64,000 bases of DNA from an uncultured Eubacteriales bacterium (GTDB lineage: Bacteria > Bacillota > Clostridia > Oscillospirales > Oscillospiraceae). The stretch lies in assembly GCA_949289455.1 (NCBI GenBank), contig CASEOA010000021.1, positions 5,282 to 69,281 of the forward strand. Reading direction: 5' to 3'. Position 1 is the stretch's first letter. Each line of letters begins with the position of its first letter. A model generated the notes under the pieces. That model was not told where the DNA came from, made no database searches, and worked only from the letters and a program-made list of their open reading frames with translations. Below are positions 18,201 through 28,217 of the stretch, one piece after another. Both the position numbers and the translations under genes were made by a program.

Positions 18201-18242
18201 GGCCAGCGCCAAGGCGGCGGCCCGCCGGAAAAAGTGCTTCAT
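15231..18242 (-). CDS. Secreted phosphodiester glycosidase (NAGPA family) with Ig-like repeats and three C-terminal SLH domains
   Basis: Signal peptide; GVNGDW, TAVGVKADG, DGGGSTT, NRPSDG; ITRAEF/ISRSEV/ITRAEV SLH motifs. Confidence 0.88.
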   Translation of the reverse strand: MKHFFRRAAALALALAVTVTAVSASYALGWDIHTMQLPLSQGTSLGENIFWSDTYSDLRHEYYIAYTPNTGVTPTVAYGNKVLDRMTLSAMARNLESQGKNVVSGVNGDWYVLSTGATVGLLVTDGVIRATPYYRNAWAIGFNADGTAFIGQPTLTTTVTFGGQTYNLGGAINKVRKLTAADTSGGLTLLTSDFATKTQNTSAGVDVILSPVIDGTGAYATQPTIGKQVQYTVEQVLESTGSIEIPEGKAILTMNGADKAEILAQLRALQPGDTVTLSVTSTDQRWNTVNQAIGGTYHIVSNGQVASGLPTERTAWTAVGVKADGTVILYTLDGKQNGYSVGCTLSQVAQRLIELGCVEALSMDGGGSTTIGAAYPDGEGMQIVNRPSDGSQRSNSTAIFLTTNLEPTGVVGSYYVTPTDDMVLAGASVQLSAAGVDTGYYPTTGNPVTWSVSQGGGTVSATGLYTAGHESGTYLVTASDGTASGSAWMTVVQTPATLTVKNQSTGKQVTALSLEPGQQVDLTASATYRTLALTAQDSCFTWTLDPSVGTVDANGLLTAGQASGSGNLTVTAGDKTVTIPVTVASHIKTLDTMEGDLSAYTSSATATASAETGLDYVHNGRQSLKLSYDVSAAPASLSADLTIPSGESWLGLWVYGDGSGNVLKATALDSQGQATQFSLATLSFTGWQQVLVQLPANTAALSSLDVSYGGVAGRQTGTIWLDQLTTANQKITDATAPTVTVKVAGNQVTATVTDNLDQSIPQGNITLTYDGKVLSGSWNESTGTLTATLPAADNSIHRVTVTAADASGNLGRGSADRAAAASANPFGDTAGNWAEQYAAFLYYQGISQGTGGDTPQFQPGKNITRAEFFALVARWMGLDLESYADVELPFADADEIPAWALNEVKAMYSLGILQGASGDGQLWVNADATISRSEVMTILGRTLAQGYPAERLTFADAGSVPAWALPYARTLVTLGVVTGNNNLIRPNDSITRAEVAKLLYAML

Positions 18243-18340
18243 AGGGAACCTCCTTGTGATATGAAAACGGTGAAACTTACGTTATGTTAACACAAAACCC
18301 TCCGCTTGTAAAGGCGAAGGGTTTTGAGAAAACAACCGGA

Positions 18341-19543
18341 TTACGGCTCTTTTGGAGGCATTCCCTGCTTGAGCCGGGGGAGGGTCTTTTCCAGGGTGGC
18401 CTCCTCCTGGATCACCAGCAGGTCGCTGATAAGCTGGTTGGACACCAGGAAGCCTTTGGGGGTCAGGTTCCATCGGCGGTCGTGGCGCTCAGCCCAGCCC
18501 TGGCGCTCGTACTCCTCCAGCTTCTGTTCGATGGGATCGAAGTTGAGGAAGAACTCTCGCCGGTACTCCCACTCCTCGATGCCCCGGGTGGTGCGCAGGC
18601 GGAGCATCAGGTATTCGCTGCCCCGCTCCCGGGCGGGGATCAGATCGGAGGAATCAATGACCACGCCGCCGCCCAGCACACCGGAGATATAGGTCTCCAG
18701 ATCCCGGACGAAGGAGTACCGCCGGCCGCCGAAGTCGGAGTGGGCCCCAGGGCCGAAGCCGATATAGGGCCTGCCCATCCAGTAGCGCAGGTTGTGCCGG
18801 GACTGGCAGCCCGGCTTGGCAAAGTTGGAGATCTCGTACTGACGGTAGCCCTCCCGGGCCAGCCGCTCCACGGTCCACAGGTACATGTCGGCCTGGGCGT
18901 CGTCGTCGGGCAGGATTTCTCCCCGGGACACCCGGTAGTCCAGGGGGGTGCCCTCTTCCACCTTCAGGCCGTAGCAGCTCAGGTGCTCCGGCTTCAGAGT
19001 GAGTACCTGCTCCACCGTGTCCTGCCAGCCCTCCATAGTCTGGCCGGGCAGGCCGTAGATCAGGTCCAGGCTCAGGTTTTGGAATTTTGCCGTCCGGGCG
19101 GCCGCTACCGCTGCCACCGCCTGCTGATAGGTGTGGGGCCGGTGGAGATTTTGCAGCTCCCGGTCACAGGCCGACTGCACCCCCAGAGAGATCCGGTTGA
19201 ACCCGGCCCGCCGGAGGGTTTGGAGCATTTTCTGATCCACGCTGTCCGGATTGCACTCCACAGTGATCTCAGCGTCCTTGGCAAGGTCGAACCGCTTTGC
19301 GATAAACCGCAGCAGTTCCCGCAGCCGCTTCTCCCCGTAAAAGCTGGGGGTGCCCCCGCCGAAGTAGACGGTGTCCACCTGCCAGCCCCGGGTGAGGGGA
19401 GCGGTTTCCTTCATGTGGGCCAACAGGGCCTTCTGGTAATCGTCCATCCGCCCCTCCTGCCCCGCCAGGGAGTAAAAGTCGCAGTAATCACACTTGCTGC
19501 GGCAAAAGGGGATGTGGATATAGATGCCCAGTTTTTCTGCCAT
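18341..19543 (-). CDS. hemW: Radical SAM heme chaperone HemW (HemN-like)
   Basis: YIHIPFCxxxCxYCDF, GGGTPS, YEISNF, HNLRYW. Confidence 0.92.
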   Translation of the reverse strand: MAEKLGIYIHIPFCRSKCDYCDFYSLAGQEGRMDDYQKALLAHMKETAPLTRGWQVDTVYFGGGTPSFYGEKRLRELLRFIAKRFDLAKDAEITVECNPDSVDQKMLQTLRRAGFNRISLGVQSACDRELQNLHRPHTYQQAVAAVAAARTAKFQNLSLDLIYGLPGQTMEGWQDTVEQVLTLKPEHLSCYGLKVEEGTPLDYRVSRGEILPDDDAQADMYLWTVERLAREGYRQYEISNFAKPGCQSRHNLRYWMGRPYIGFGPGAHSDFGGRRYSFVRDLETYISGVLGGGVVIDSSDLIPARERGSEYLMLRLRTTRGIEEWEYRREFFLNFDPIEQKLEEYERQGWAERHDRRWNLTPKGFLVSNQLISDLLVIQEEATLEKTLPRLKQGMPPKEP

Positions 19544-19666
19544 AGGCGGCGCCTCGCTTCCTGTGGTACAAATCTGCTTTTCCTACTAGTATACAACAAA
19601 ATCCCCGCTTTGAAAAGCGGGACGGCGGTGGTATACTGAAAAAAACATCAGCGGGAGGGAAATGTC

Positions 19667-20561
19667 ATGGGAGAGCGGCAGGCCCGGCGGCTGGCCCTGA
19701 CGGTGACGGCAGGCCAGGCGGGGGAGAAGATCGACACCCTGCTGCGGCGGGAGATGGGGCTGTCCGGCACCGTCATCAAGCGCATCAAGTGGCTGGAGGA
19801 CGGCATCCTGCTGGACGGGGTCCGGGCCATCACGGGCCAGCGGGTGAGGGAGGGGCAGGTGCTCTCTGTCCGGCTGGCCGACCCCGACCACCGGGGGGAC
19901 ATGGTGCCCACCCCCGGGCCGTTGGATATTGTGTACGAGGACGGGGATCTGCTGGTACTCAACAAGGCCCCGGGGGTGCTGGTGCACCCCGGCCCCGGCC
20001 ATTACGCCGATACCATGTGCAATTTCATCGCCCATTACTATCAGCAGCAGGGCATTGTGGCCGACGTCCACCCGGTTCAGCGGCTGGACAAGGGGACCTC
20101 GGGGCTGATGGTGGTGGCCAAGCACCCACATGCCCAGGAGAAGCTGAAGCTCCAGCTCCACACCCCCCAGTTCCGGCGGATCTACCTGGCGGTGTGCGAC
20201 GGGGCGCCCGGCCCCGCCCAGGGGACGGTGGACGCCCCCATCGGCCGGGTGCCCGGCTCTCTGATGGAGCGTCAGGTGGACCCACTGGGACAGGCGGCCC
20301 GTACCCATTACCGGGTGCTTCACACCGAGGGTGGCCGGGCGTTGGTGGAGCTGGAGCTGGACACCGGCCGCACCCACCAGATCCGGGTGCATATGGCTCA
20401 CCTGGGCTGTCCCCTCACCGGGGATTTCCTATACGGCAGGGAGGATCAGGCCCTCATCTCCCGGCCTGCCCTCCACTCCTGGAAGCTTTCTCTCCTACAG
20501 CCCATCAGCGGGGAGAGGCTGAGCTGGACCCAGCCTCTCCCCGCTGACATGGCGGCGCTGT

Positions 20562-20587
<26 letters not shown>
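19667..20587 (+). CDS. RluA/RluD family pseudouridine synthase
   Basis: S4-like N-terminus, [27 protein letters not shown]. Confidence 0.95.
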
Positions 20588-21029
<442 letters not shown>

Positions 21030-21053
21030 GGTAACTTCCTCCTCAATGTGATC

Positions 21054-22265
21054 TTAAGTCTCGTCGGTCACCTGCTCCAGCAGGTGGCCCATTTTTTCCC
21101 GCTTGGTCCACAGGTAGAAGTGGTCGTGCTCCTGGGGGGCGATCTCGATAGGTACCCGCTGGGAGATCTCCAGGCCGAAGCCGGACAGGCCGTAGATCTT
21201 GTCCGGGTTGTTGGTGAGCAGCCGCAGCTGGCGCACCCCCAGATCCCGGAGGATCTGGGCCCCGATCCAGTACTCCCGCAGGTCGGGGGCGAAGCCCAGC
21301 TTGATGTTGGCCTCCACCGTGTCATAGCCCTGCTCCTGGAGGGTGTAGGTTTTCAGCTTGTTGATCAGGCCGATGCCTCGGCCCTCCTGGCGCATGTAGA
21401 GTACCACACCCCGGCCCTCCTGGTTGATGCGCTCCATGGCTGCGGCCAGCTGCTGGCCGCAGTCGCACCGCTGAGAGCCGAACACGTCGCCGGTGAGGCA
21501 TTCCGAGTGGACCCGGCACAGCACCCCCATGCCGTCTCCGATGTCCCCCTTCACCAGGGCTACATGGCTCTCCCCGGTCAGGTCGTTGGTGTAGCCGTAG
21601 ATGGTAAAGTCCCCAAACTTGGTGGGCATGTTGGCCACCGCCTCCCGCACCACATGCTTGTCGTGGAGGCGGCAGTAGTCCTGGAGATCCTTGATGGTGA
21701 TGACCTTGATACCCCACTGCTCCGCGTGCTGCAAAAGCTCGGTGGTGCGCATCATGGTGCCGTCGTCCCGCATGATCTCGCAGCACAGGCCGCACTCGGC
21801 CAGCCCGGCGTGGCGGCACAGGTCCACCGTGGCCTCGGTGTGGCCGTTGCGGGCCAGCACGCCTCCCCGGCGGGCTACCAGGGGGAACACGTGTCCGGGC
21901 CGGCGGAACTCCTCCGGCTTGGCGTCGGGTGCGGCGCACCGGCGGCAGGTGAAGCCCCGCTCCTCGGCGGAGATGCCGGTGGTGGTGTCGGCGTGGTCAA
22001 TGGATACGGTGAAAGCGGTCTGGTGGTTGTCGGTGTTCACTTTCACCATCTGCTCCAGCCCCAGCCGGGTGGCCACCGCCGCCGACATGGGGGTGCAGAT
22101 AAGCCCCTTGGCGTGGACCGCCATAAAGTTCACATTTTCCGTAGTGGCGAACTGGGCGGCGCAGATCAGATCCCCCTCGTTCTCCCGGTCAGGGTCGTCG
22201 ATACACATGATAAGATGGCCGGCCCGCAGTTCCTCCAGGGCCTCCTCAATGGTGGCGTATGCCAT
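21054..22265 (-). CDS. ribBA: Bifunctional DHBP synthase / GTP cyclohydrolase II
   Basis: [42 protein letters not shown]. Confidence 0.97.
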   Translation of the reverse strand: MAYATIEEALEELRAGHLIMCIDDPDRENEGDLICAAQFATTENVNFMAVHAKGLICTPMSAAVATRLGLEQMVKVNTDNHQTAFTVSIDHADTTTGISAEERGFTCRRCAAPDAKPEEFRRPGHVFPLVARRGGVLARNGHTEATVDLCRHAGLAECGLCCEIMRDDGTMMRTTELLQHAEQWGIKVITIKDLQDYCRLHDKHVVREAVANMPTKFGDFTIYGYTNDLTGESHVALVKGDIGDGMGVLCRVHSECLTGDVFGSQRCDCGQQLAAAMERINQEGRGVVLYMRQEGRGIGLINKLKTYTLQEQGYDTVEANIKLGFAPDLREYWIGAQILRDLGVRQLRLLTNNPDKIYGLSGFGLEISQRVPIEIAPQEHDHFYLWTKREKMGHLLEQVTDET

Positions 22266-22280
22266 ACTGGCTCTCCTCCT

Positions 22281-22910
22281 TTAAAATCCGTGCCGGGCCA
22301 GAAACTCCATGGTGATGCCGCCGGAGGTCTGCTCCGGTTTGCCCATGAGCTTGGCCACATATTTGCCAATGATATCGGTTTCCAGATTGACGGGGTCCCC
22401 CGGCCTGCGCTCCAGCAGGGTGGTCTGGGCCCCGGTGTGGGGGATGATAGACACCGAAAAGTCCTGGTCGGTGACGGCGGCCACTGTCAGGCTGATGCCG
22501 TCAATGGCGATGGAGCCCTTCTCCACAATGCCTGCCAGCAGCTCCGGGGGCGCGGAGATGGTGACCCACACCGCATTGCCCTCCCGGCGGAGGGAGGCCA
22601 CCGTTCCGGTGCCGTCGATGTGGCCGGAGACGATGTGGCCCCCGAACCGGCCATCGGCGGCCATGGCCCGCTCCAAATTGACCTTGGAGCCGGGGCGCAG
22701 GGCCCCCAGACCGGTGCGCCGGAGGGTCTCGGGCATCACGTCGGCGGTGAAGCCCCCGGCGGACAGATGGGTCACCGTCAGGCACACCCCGTTCACCGCG
22801 ATGGAGTCCCCCAGCTTGGTGCCCTCCAGCACGGTGCGGGCGGCCAGCTCCAGCCGGCCAGGCGCCACGTGACGGACGGTGCCCAGCTCCTCAATGATCC
22901 CTGTGAACAT
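22281..22910 (-). CDS. ribE: Riboflavin synthase alpha chain
   Basis: MFTGIIE, SIAVNGVCLT, GGHIVSGHID. Confidence 0.97.
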   Translation of the reverse strand: MFTGIIEELGTVRHVAPGRLELAARTVLEGTKLGDSIAVNGVCLTVTHLSAGGFTADVMPETLRRTGLGALRPGSKVNLERAMAADGRFGGHIVSGHIDGTGTVASLRREGNAVWVTISAPPELLAGIVEKGSIAIDGISLTVAAVTDQDFSVSIIPHTGAQTTLLERRPGDPVNLETDIIGKYVAKLMGKPEQTSGGITMEFLARHGF

Positions 22911-23997
22911 CCTGTATCACCTCGTATTCCAACAGCAGGTCCTCCCCCAGGGGGGTGCACACCGGCGGCGACAGCCGCCAGCACTGGTCGGGGGAGTCCA
23001 CCCCCCGGCCCTCCACCGGGCTCTTGGCGTCCGCGCCTCCGAAGAGCTTGGGCGCCAGGTAGCAGTACACCTTGTGGACCAGCCCCTGCCGCAGCATGGA
23101 CTCGTTGAGTCCGCCGCCCCCCTCCAGGAGAACGCCGTCGATCTCCCAGCGGCCTAGCTCTGCCATCAGGGCGGGCAGATCCACCTGCCCGTCGGGGCCG
23201 GGCAGGTCCAGCACCGTCACCCCCAGATCCTCCAGGGCCTGTTTTTTCTGGGGCGGGGGGGAGGCGCAGGCCACGATGGTGGGCACCTCCCCGGCGGTGC
23301 GGCACAGGTTGGACTCCAGGGGAATGCGCAGGTGAGAGTCGCAGATGATCCGCACCGGATTTCTCCCGCCGTCCATCCGGCAGGTGAGCCGGGGGTCGTC
23401 CTGGAGCACCGTGCCGATGCCCGCCAGAATACCCCGGTATTGGTGGCGGAGGGTCTGGACATGGGCCCGGGCGGTCTCGCCGGTGACCCACTGGGACAGG
23501 CCGGTGTGACAGGCGATCTTGCCGTCGGCGGTCATGGCGTATTTCATGGCCACATAAGGGGTCTTGTGGGTGATGTAGTGGAAAAACACCGGGTTGAGGG
23601 TGTCGCACTCCCCCCGCATAAAGTCCTCCTCCACCTGGACCCCCGCCTGCCGCAGCAGGGCGGCCCCTTTGCCGTGGACAAGGGGGTTGGGGTCCCGGGA
23701 GCCGATGACCACCCGGGAAATACCCGCCTCCAGGATGGCCTGGGTGCAGGGGGGCTGGCGGCCTTGGTGGCAGCAGGGCTCCAGGGTGACGTACAGGGTA
23801 GCTCCCCCCGGGTTCTCCGTACAGGACGCCAGTGCCTCCCGCTCGGCGTGGAGGCCGCCGCATTTTTGGTGCCACCCCTGGCCGATGATTTGGCCGTCTT
23901 TTACCAGCACCGCCCCCACCAGGGGGTTGGGGCTGGTCCAGCCCATTCCCCGGCGGGCCAGGTCGATGGCCAGGGCCATATAATCATGATCGTGCAT
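22891..23997 (-). CDS. ribD: Bifunctional deaminase/reductase RibD
   Basis: PNPLVG, HAE, TLEPCCH....PC, EGGG; AAGGAAGG RBS before ATG 23997. Confidence 0.96.
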   Translation of the reverse strand: MHDHDYMALAIDLARRGMGWTSPNPLVGAVLVKDGQIIGQGWHQKCGGLHAEREALASCTENPGGATLYVTLEPCCHQGRQPPCTQAILEAGISRVVIGSRDPNPLVHGKGAALLRQAGVQVEEDFMRGECDTLNPVFFHYITHKTPYVAMKYAMTADGKIACHTGLSQWVTGETARAHVQTLRHQYRGILAGIGTVLQDDPRLTCRMDGGRNPVRIICDSHLRIPLESNLCRTAGEVPTIVACASPPPQKKQALEDLGVTVLDLPGPDGQVDLPALMAELGRWEIDGVLLEGGGGLNESMLRQGLVHKVYCYLAPKLFGGADAKSPVEGRGVDSPDQCWRLSPPVCTPLGEDLLLEYEVIQDVHRDH

Positions 23998-24020
23998 GGG
24001 GATTCCTTCCTTTCCGGGGC

Positions 24021-24052
24021 AAAAAAAGCGCCCCGAATACCTTCGGGGCGCT
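24021..24052 (-). terminator. Riboswitch expression-platform terminator
   Basis: Minus strand AGCGCCCCGAA...TTCGGGGCGCTTTTTTT between aptamer and ribD. Confidence 0.85.
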
Positions 24053-24103
24053 GAAAAAACTGGTGCGGGCGGGGAAAACAGTTGGTTGAAAAACCATTCC
24101 CGT

Positions 24104-24220
24104 CTGCGTCTTCTTCCATCCAGACTATACTGTCGGTTTTGGAATTGCACCAAATCCTGCGCTGACGCGCTCGCGGACTATACCGCCGATCGGGAATTTC
24201 ACCCTGCCCTGAAGACTGTG
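24104..24220 (-). ncRNA. FMN riboswitch (RFN element)
   Basis: Minus strand GTCTTCAGGGCAGGGTGAAATTCCCGATCGGCGGTATAGTCCGCGAGC...CCGACAGTATAGTCTGGATGGAAGAAGAC upstream of the rib operon. Confidence 0.97.
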
Positions 24221-24238
24221 TATGAACTTGTCGCAATT

Positions 24239-24267
24239 ATCATAGCACTGTGGGAAAGAGATGTCAA
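24239..24267 (-). promoter_or_regulatory. Sigma-A promoter of the rib operon
   Basis: TTGACA-17-TATGAT with TG extension. Confidence 0.8.
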
Positions 24268-24271
24268 CCGG

Positions 24272-25657
24272 TTATTTATCCACGCTGGGGATCTCGGTGG
24301 TGTCCACCTCGTCCAGGTGCTTGAGGTAGTACTTGGTGTCCTTGGCAATGACGTTGGACAGCAGGAGCACGGCGATCAGGTTGGGGATGGCCATAAAGGC
24401 GTTGAGGATGTCGGCGATGGTCCACACCAGATCCAGGGCCAGCACAGGACCCACCACCACGATGGCCACAAAGATGATCTTGTAGACCAGGGTGGCCTTC
24501 TTGCCCCACAGGTACTGGGCGCACCGCTCGCCGTAGTAGGACCAGCCCAGGATGGTAGACCAGGCGAAGGTGATGATGCCCACCACCAGGATGATGGGGC
24601 CCATGACGGGGATCTGACTGAAGGCGGCGGTGGTAAGCTGGCCGCCGTTGGCGATGGTGTCCATATTGATCTGGGGATTTTTCATGATGGTGGACACCAG
24701 CACCAGCCCGGTCATCAGGCACACCACCACGGTGTCCCAGAAGGTGCCGGTGGCGGATACCAGGGCCTGGCGTACCGGGTTGCGGGTCTGGGCGGCGGAG
24801 GCCACCAGGGGAGCGGAGCCCATACCGGACTCATTGGAGAACAGGCCACGGGCCACACCAAAGCGCATGGCGATCATGAGTCCCTGTCCAACCAGACCGC
24901 CGGCCACGGCCCCGGGCTGGAAGGCCAGATTGAGGGTAGCGCCGATGGCGGGGATGATGAAGTCGTAGTTGATGCCCAGGATGATGATACAGCCCAGCAC
25001 GTAGAAAATGGCCATGAAGGGCACCAGCTTTTCACACACGCTGGCGATAGACTTGATGCCGCCGATGATGACGACAGCGGTGAAGATGCCGCCCACAATG
25101 CCTACGGCGATGGGAGGAATGCCCAGGGGGATGTTGTTTTCCACCACTTCAGCGATGGCGTTGATCTGGGTGCCGCAGCCGATGCCGAAGGAGGCCAGGG
25201 TAGCCAGAATGGCGAAGAGGACGCCCAGCCACTTCAGGCCCAGGCCCCGCTCCAGGGCGTACATGGCGCCGCCCTGCATTTTGCCGTCAGGGGTGCGTAC
25301 CCGGTACTTGACGGCAATGAGGGATTCGGCGTACTTGGTGGCGATGCCGAACACGCCGGCAATCCAGCACCAGAACACGGCGCCGGGGCCGCCCAGGAAG
25401 ATGGCGGTGCCCACGCCGATGATGTTGCCGGTGCCGATGGTAGAGGCCAGGGCGGTGGTGAGGGCCTGGAACTGGCTCACGTCGCCGGGGGCGTCCGGGT
25501 CGCGGGTGACCGACAGGCGGATACCGGTGAAGGTCTTGCGCTGGATAAAGCCGGTGCGCACTGTCATGAACAGGTGGGTGCCCAGCAGCAGCACGATCAT
25601 GGGGATGCCCCAGATGTAGTCGTCCAGCCAGGTCAGGAATTGGTTGAATGCTTCCAC
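24272..25657 (-). CDS. Alanine/glycine:cation symporter (AGCS/AlsT family)
   Basis: IGTGNI.GV..AI..GGPGA.FW, RGLFSNESGMGS, DTVVVC. Confidence 0.93.
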   Translation of the reverse strand: MEAFNQFLTWLDDYIWGIPMIVLLLGTHLFMTVRTGFIQRKTFTGIRLSVTRDPDAPGDVSQFQALTTALASTIGTGNIIGVGTAIFLGGPGAVFWCWIAGVFGIATKYAESLIAVKYRVRTPDGKMQGGAMYALERGLGLKWLGVLFAILATLASFGIGCGTQINAIAEVVENNIPLGIPPIAVGIVGGIFTAVVIIGGIKSIASVCEKLVPFMAIFYVLGCIIILGINYDFIIPAIGATLNLAFQPGAVAGGLVGQGLMIAMRFGVARGLFSNESGMGSAPLVASAAQTRNPVRQALVSATGTFWDTVVVCLMTGLVLVSTIMKNPQINMDTIANGGQLTTAAFSQIPVMGPIILVVGIITFAWSTILGWSYYGERCAQYLWGKKATLVYKIIFVAIVVVGPVLALDLVWTIADILNAFMAIPNLIAVLLLSNVIAKDTKYYLKHLDEVDTTEIPSVDK

Positions 25658-25677
25658 GTTGTCTCCTCTTTTCTCTC

Positions 25678-27861
25678 TTATTTATTTTGCTCCAGCCATT
25701 TTTTCAGCTGTTCCGCCATAGCAGAGCTGCCGGTGTCCTGTTTCTGCTCCTGCTGCTGGAGATAGCGGCGCACATCCCCCTTGCCGGCGGACTTGGATTC
25801 CCGCCGCTTTTTGAAGTCGCTGAGCCGTTCCCGGTAGCCGCATACACAGGCGAAGATCTGCTTGTCCCCCTCTCCCCGCAGCTCCATTTTCTTGTGGCAG
25901 TTGGGGCAGCGGGCGTTGGTGGTCTGGGTCACCGAGCGGCGGTAACCGCACTCCCGGTCGGGGCACACCAGCAGCTTGCCCCGCTTGCCCTTGACGCTGA
26001 GCAGGAACTTGCCGCAGTCGGGGCACTTTTCCCTGGTCACGTTGTCGTGGGTATAGGTGGCGTCGCTGGCCTTCACCTCTGCCACCAGATGGGAGGCGTA
26101 GCCCCGCATCTCCCCTACAAAGGCGTCCTCCTGTTCCTTGCCCTGGGCGATGTCCCCCAGCCGCTTTTCCCATTTGGCGGTGAGGGAGGCCGAGCGCAGG
26201 TCGGCGGGGGCCAGCCCCACCACCTGAACTCCCTTGGAGGTGGGGACCAGCTCCTTGCCCCGCCGCTCGATGTAAAAGGCGGAGAACAGCTTTTCGATGA
26301 TGTCCGCCCGGGTGGCGGGAGTGCCCAGGCCGCCGGTCTCCTCCAGGATCTTGCTCTGGGCCTTGTCGCTGACCTGGGCGGCGGGGTGCTCCATGGCGGT
26401 GAGGAGGGTGGCCTCGGTGTACCGCTTGGGGGGCGATGTCTTGCCAGCGTTCACCTTTGCGGAGCGCACCGGCAGCTTGTCTCCCTGCCGCAGCTCGGGG
26501 AGGGCCTGCTCCCTGTCCTCCGGGTCGTCCTCCTCGTCCTCCAGGGCAAAGGTGCGGTCGTATGCCGCCTTCCACCCCTGCTCCTTGACAATCTTCCCCC
26601 GGGCGTGGAAGCTCTCCCCGTCGATGGTCAGCTTCAGGGTGACCTCCTCATACGCAAAGGGAGGCAGCAGCACCGCCAAAAACCGGCGGGCCACCAGGTT
26701 GAAGATGTTGCGCTCCGGGCCGGACAGCCGCCACAGCTCCACCTGCTCCTCGGTGGGGATGATGGCATGGTGGTCGCTGACCTTGGCGTTGTTCACCAGG
26801 TATCGGGTCTGGAGGGGCCGATGGGCCATGATCTGCCGGGCCAGGGGGGCGTATTCGTCGATCATCACGCTGCGCAGCCGCTCGGGCAGGGTGGGTACTA
26901 CGTCGTCGGAGATATACCGGGAGTCGGTACGGGGGTAGGTGAGGATCTTGTGGACCTCATACAGGTTCTGCATCACCGACAGGGTCTCCTTGGCGGAGTA
27001 GGCGTATTTTTTATTGGCGTCCCGCTGGAGCTCTGTCAGGTCGTAGGCCGCCGGCGGCGGGGTCTGCTTCCAGGTCCGCTTGACCTCGGTGAGGACGGCG
27101 CTTTTGCCCGTCAGCCGGGCGGCCAGGGCCTCCGCCTGGGCCTTGTCAAACAGCCGGGCCTGGCCGTTCTTGTCCCGCCAGGTGGCGGAAAAGCCGTCCA
27201 GCTTGACAGAGACGGTATAAAATTCCCTGGGCTGGAACCTGCGGATCTCTTCCTCCCGATCCACGATGAGGGCCAGGGTGGGGGTTTGGACCCGCCCGGC
27301 GGAGAGCTGGGCGTTGTACTTGCAGGTGAGGGCCCGGGTGACGTTGAGGCCAACCACCCAGTCGGCCACGCTGCGGGCCCGGGCGGAGTGGTACAGGTTG
27401 TCGTAGTCGGCGGCGGGGCGCAGGTGGGCAAAGCCGTCCTTGATAGCCTTGTCGGTCTGGGAGGAGATCCACAAACGCTTGGCCGGCTTCTTCCAACCGG
27501 CCTTTTCCATGATCCATCGGGCCACCAGCTCCCCCTCCCGGCCGGCGTCGGTGGCGATGACCAGGTCGGACACGTCCCCCCGGCGCATGAGGGCCTGCAC
27601 CGCCCGGAACTGCCGGCCGGACAGGGGGATGACCACCGTTTTCATCTTCTCCGGCAGCATGGGCAGGGTGAGCAGATCCCACTTGGCCCAGGCCTTGTCA
27701 TAGTCCTCCGGAGGGGCCAGCTCCACCAGATGGCCCAGGGCCCAGGTGACGATATACCGCTCGCCCTCCAGACAGCCCTCGCCGGATTTTTTGCACCCCA
27801 GCACCCGGGCCAATTCCCGACCTACCGAGGGCTTTTCCGCTAAAACCAGTGTTTTTGCCAT
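25678..27861 (-). CDS. topB: DNA topoisomerase III
   Basis: LAEKPSV, ATDAGREGE, SAGRVQTPTL, TYPRTDS, GLGTPATRA, C-terminal Zn ribbons. Confidence 0.95.
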   Translation of the reverse strand: MAKTLVLAEKPSVGRELARVLGCKKSGEGCLEGERYIVTWALGHLVELAPPEDYDKAWAKWDLLTLPMLPEKMKTVVIPLSGRQFRAVQALMRRGDVSDLVIATDAGREGELVARWIMEKAGWKKPAKRLWISSQTDKAIKDGFAHLRPAADYDNLYHSARARSVADWVVGLNVTRALTCKYNAQLSAGRVQTPTLALIVDREEEIRRFQPREFYTVSVKLDGFSATWRDKNGQARLFDKAQAEALAARLTGKSAVLTEVKRTWKQTPPPAAYDLTELQRDANKKYAYSAKETLSVMQNLYEVHKILTYPRTDSRYISDDVVPTLPERLRSVMIDEYAPLARQIMAHRPLQTRYLVNNAKVSDHHAIIPTEEQVELWRLSGPERNIFNLVARRFLAVLLPPFAYEEVTLKLTIDGESFHARGKIVKEQGWKAAYDRTFALEDEEDDPEDREQALPELRQGDKLPVRSAKVNAGKTSPPKRYTEATLLTAMEHPAAQVSDKAQSKILEETGGLGTPATRADIIEKLFSAFYIERRGKELVPTSKGVQVVGLAPADLRSASLTAKWEKRLGDIAQGKEQEDAFVGEMRGYASHLVAEVKASDATYTHDNVTREKCPDCGKFLLSVKGKRGKLLVCPDRECGYRRSVTQTTNARCPNCHKKMELRGEGDKQIFACVCGYRERLSDFKKRRESKSAGKGDVRRYLQQQEQKQDTGSSAMAEQLKKWLEQNK

Positions 27862-27987
27862 ATAACATCTCCTAACCGCCGGAGACCGGCGTTTTCAGGG
27901 GTTTTTCAGCCTTGACTTTTCCCGCGTCCTTTGCTATGTTGAGGATGATAAGAGGTCCTTCCGCATTGAGACAGAAAGGAGCTCCCT

Positions 27988-28179
27988 ATGTTGTTTTTAC
28001 TGACCGGAATGCAGATCAAGATGAGCCAGAGCTTGGTCCCGGGGGGATGGATGGCCCATGATGAGAAGGTCTGCCGCAGGCGGGCCAGGGACGCTGAGTG
28101 GAAGTTCCGGGTGTCCAAGGGCTACGAGAAGGACACCATGTGGAACCGGTTTAAATTCCGCATGACCCATAAAGATTGA
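27988..28179 (+). CDS. Hypothetical 63-aa basic protein
   Basis: GAAAGGAG RBS, promoter TTGACT-17-TATGTT, host-like GC3 codon usage, downstream hairpin with T-run. Confidence 0.65.
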   Translation: MLFLLTGMQIKMSQSLVPGGWMAHDEKVCRRRARDAEWKFRVSKGYEKDTMWNRFKFRMTHKD

Positions 28180-28217
28180 GATATTCCCTTGCCGCGGGCG
28201 CTGCCCGCGGTATTTTT

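Noticed and set aside
23998-24153. N-terminal extension of ribD in the ORF track
   Set aside because: It runs through the FMN aptamer and terminator; the real RBS precedes ATG 23997
25658-25677. Glycine riboswitch ahead of the AGCS symporter
   Set aside because: Only 20 nt separate it from topB, leaving no room for an aptamer
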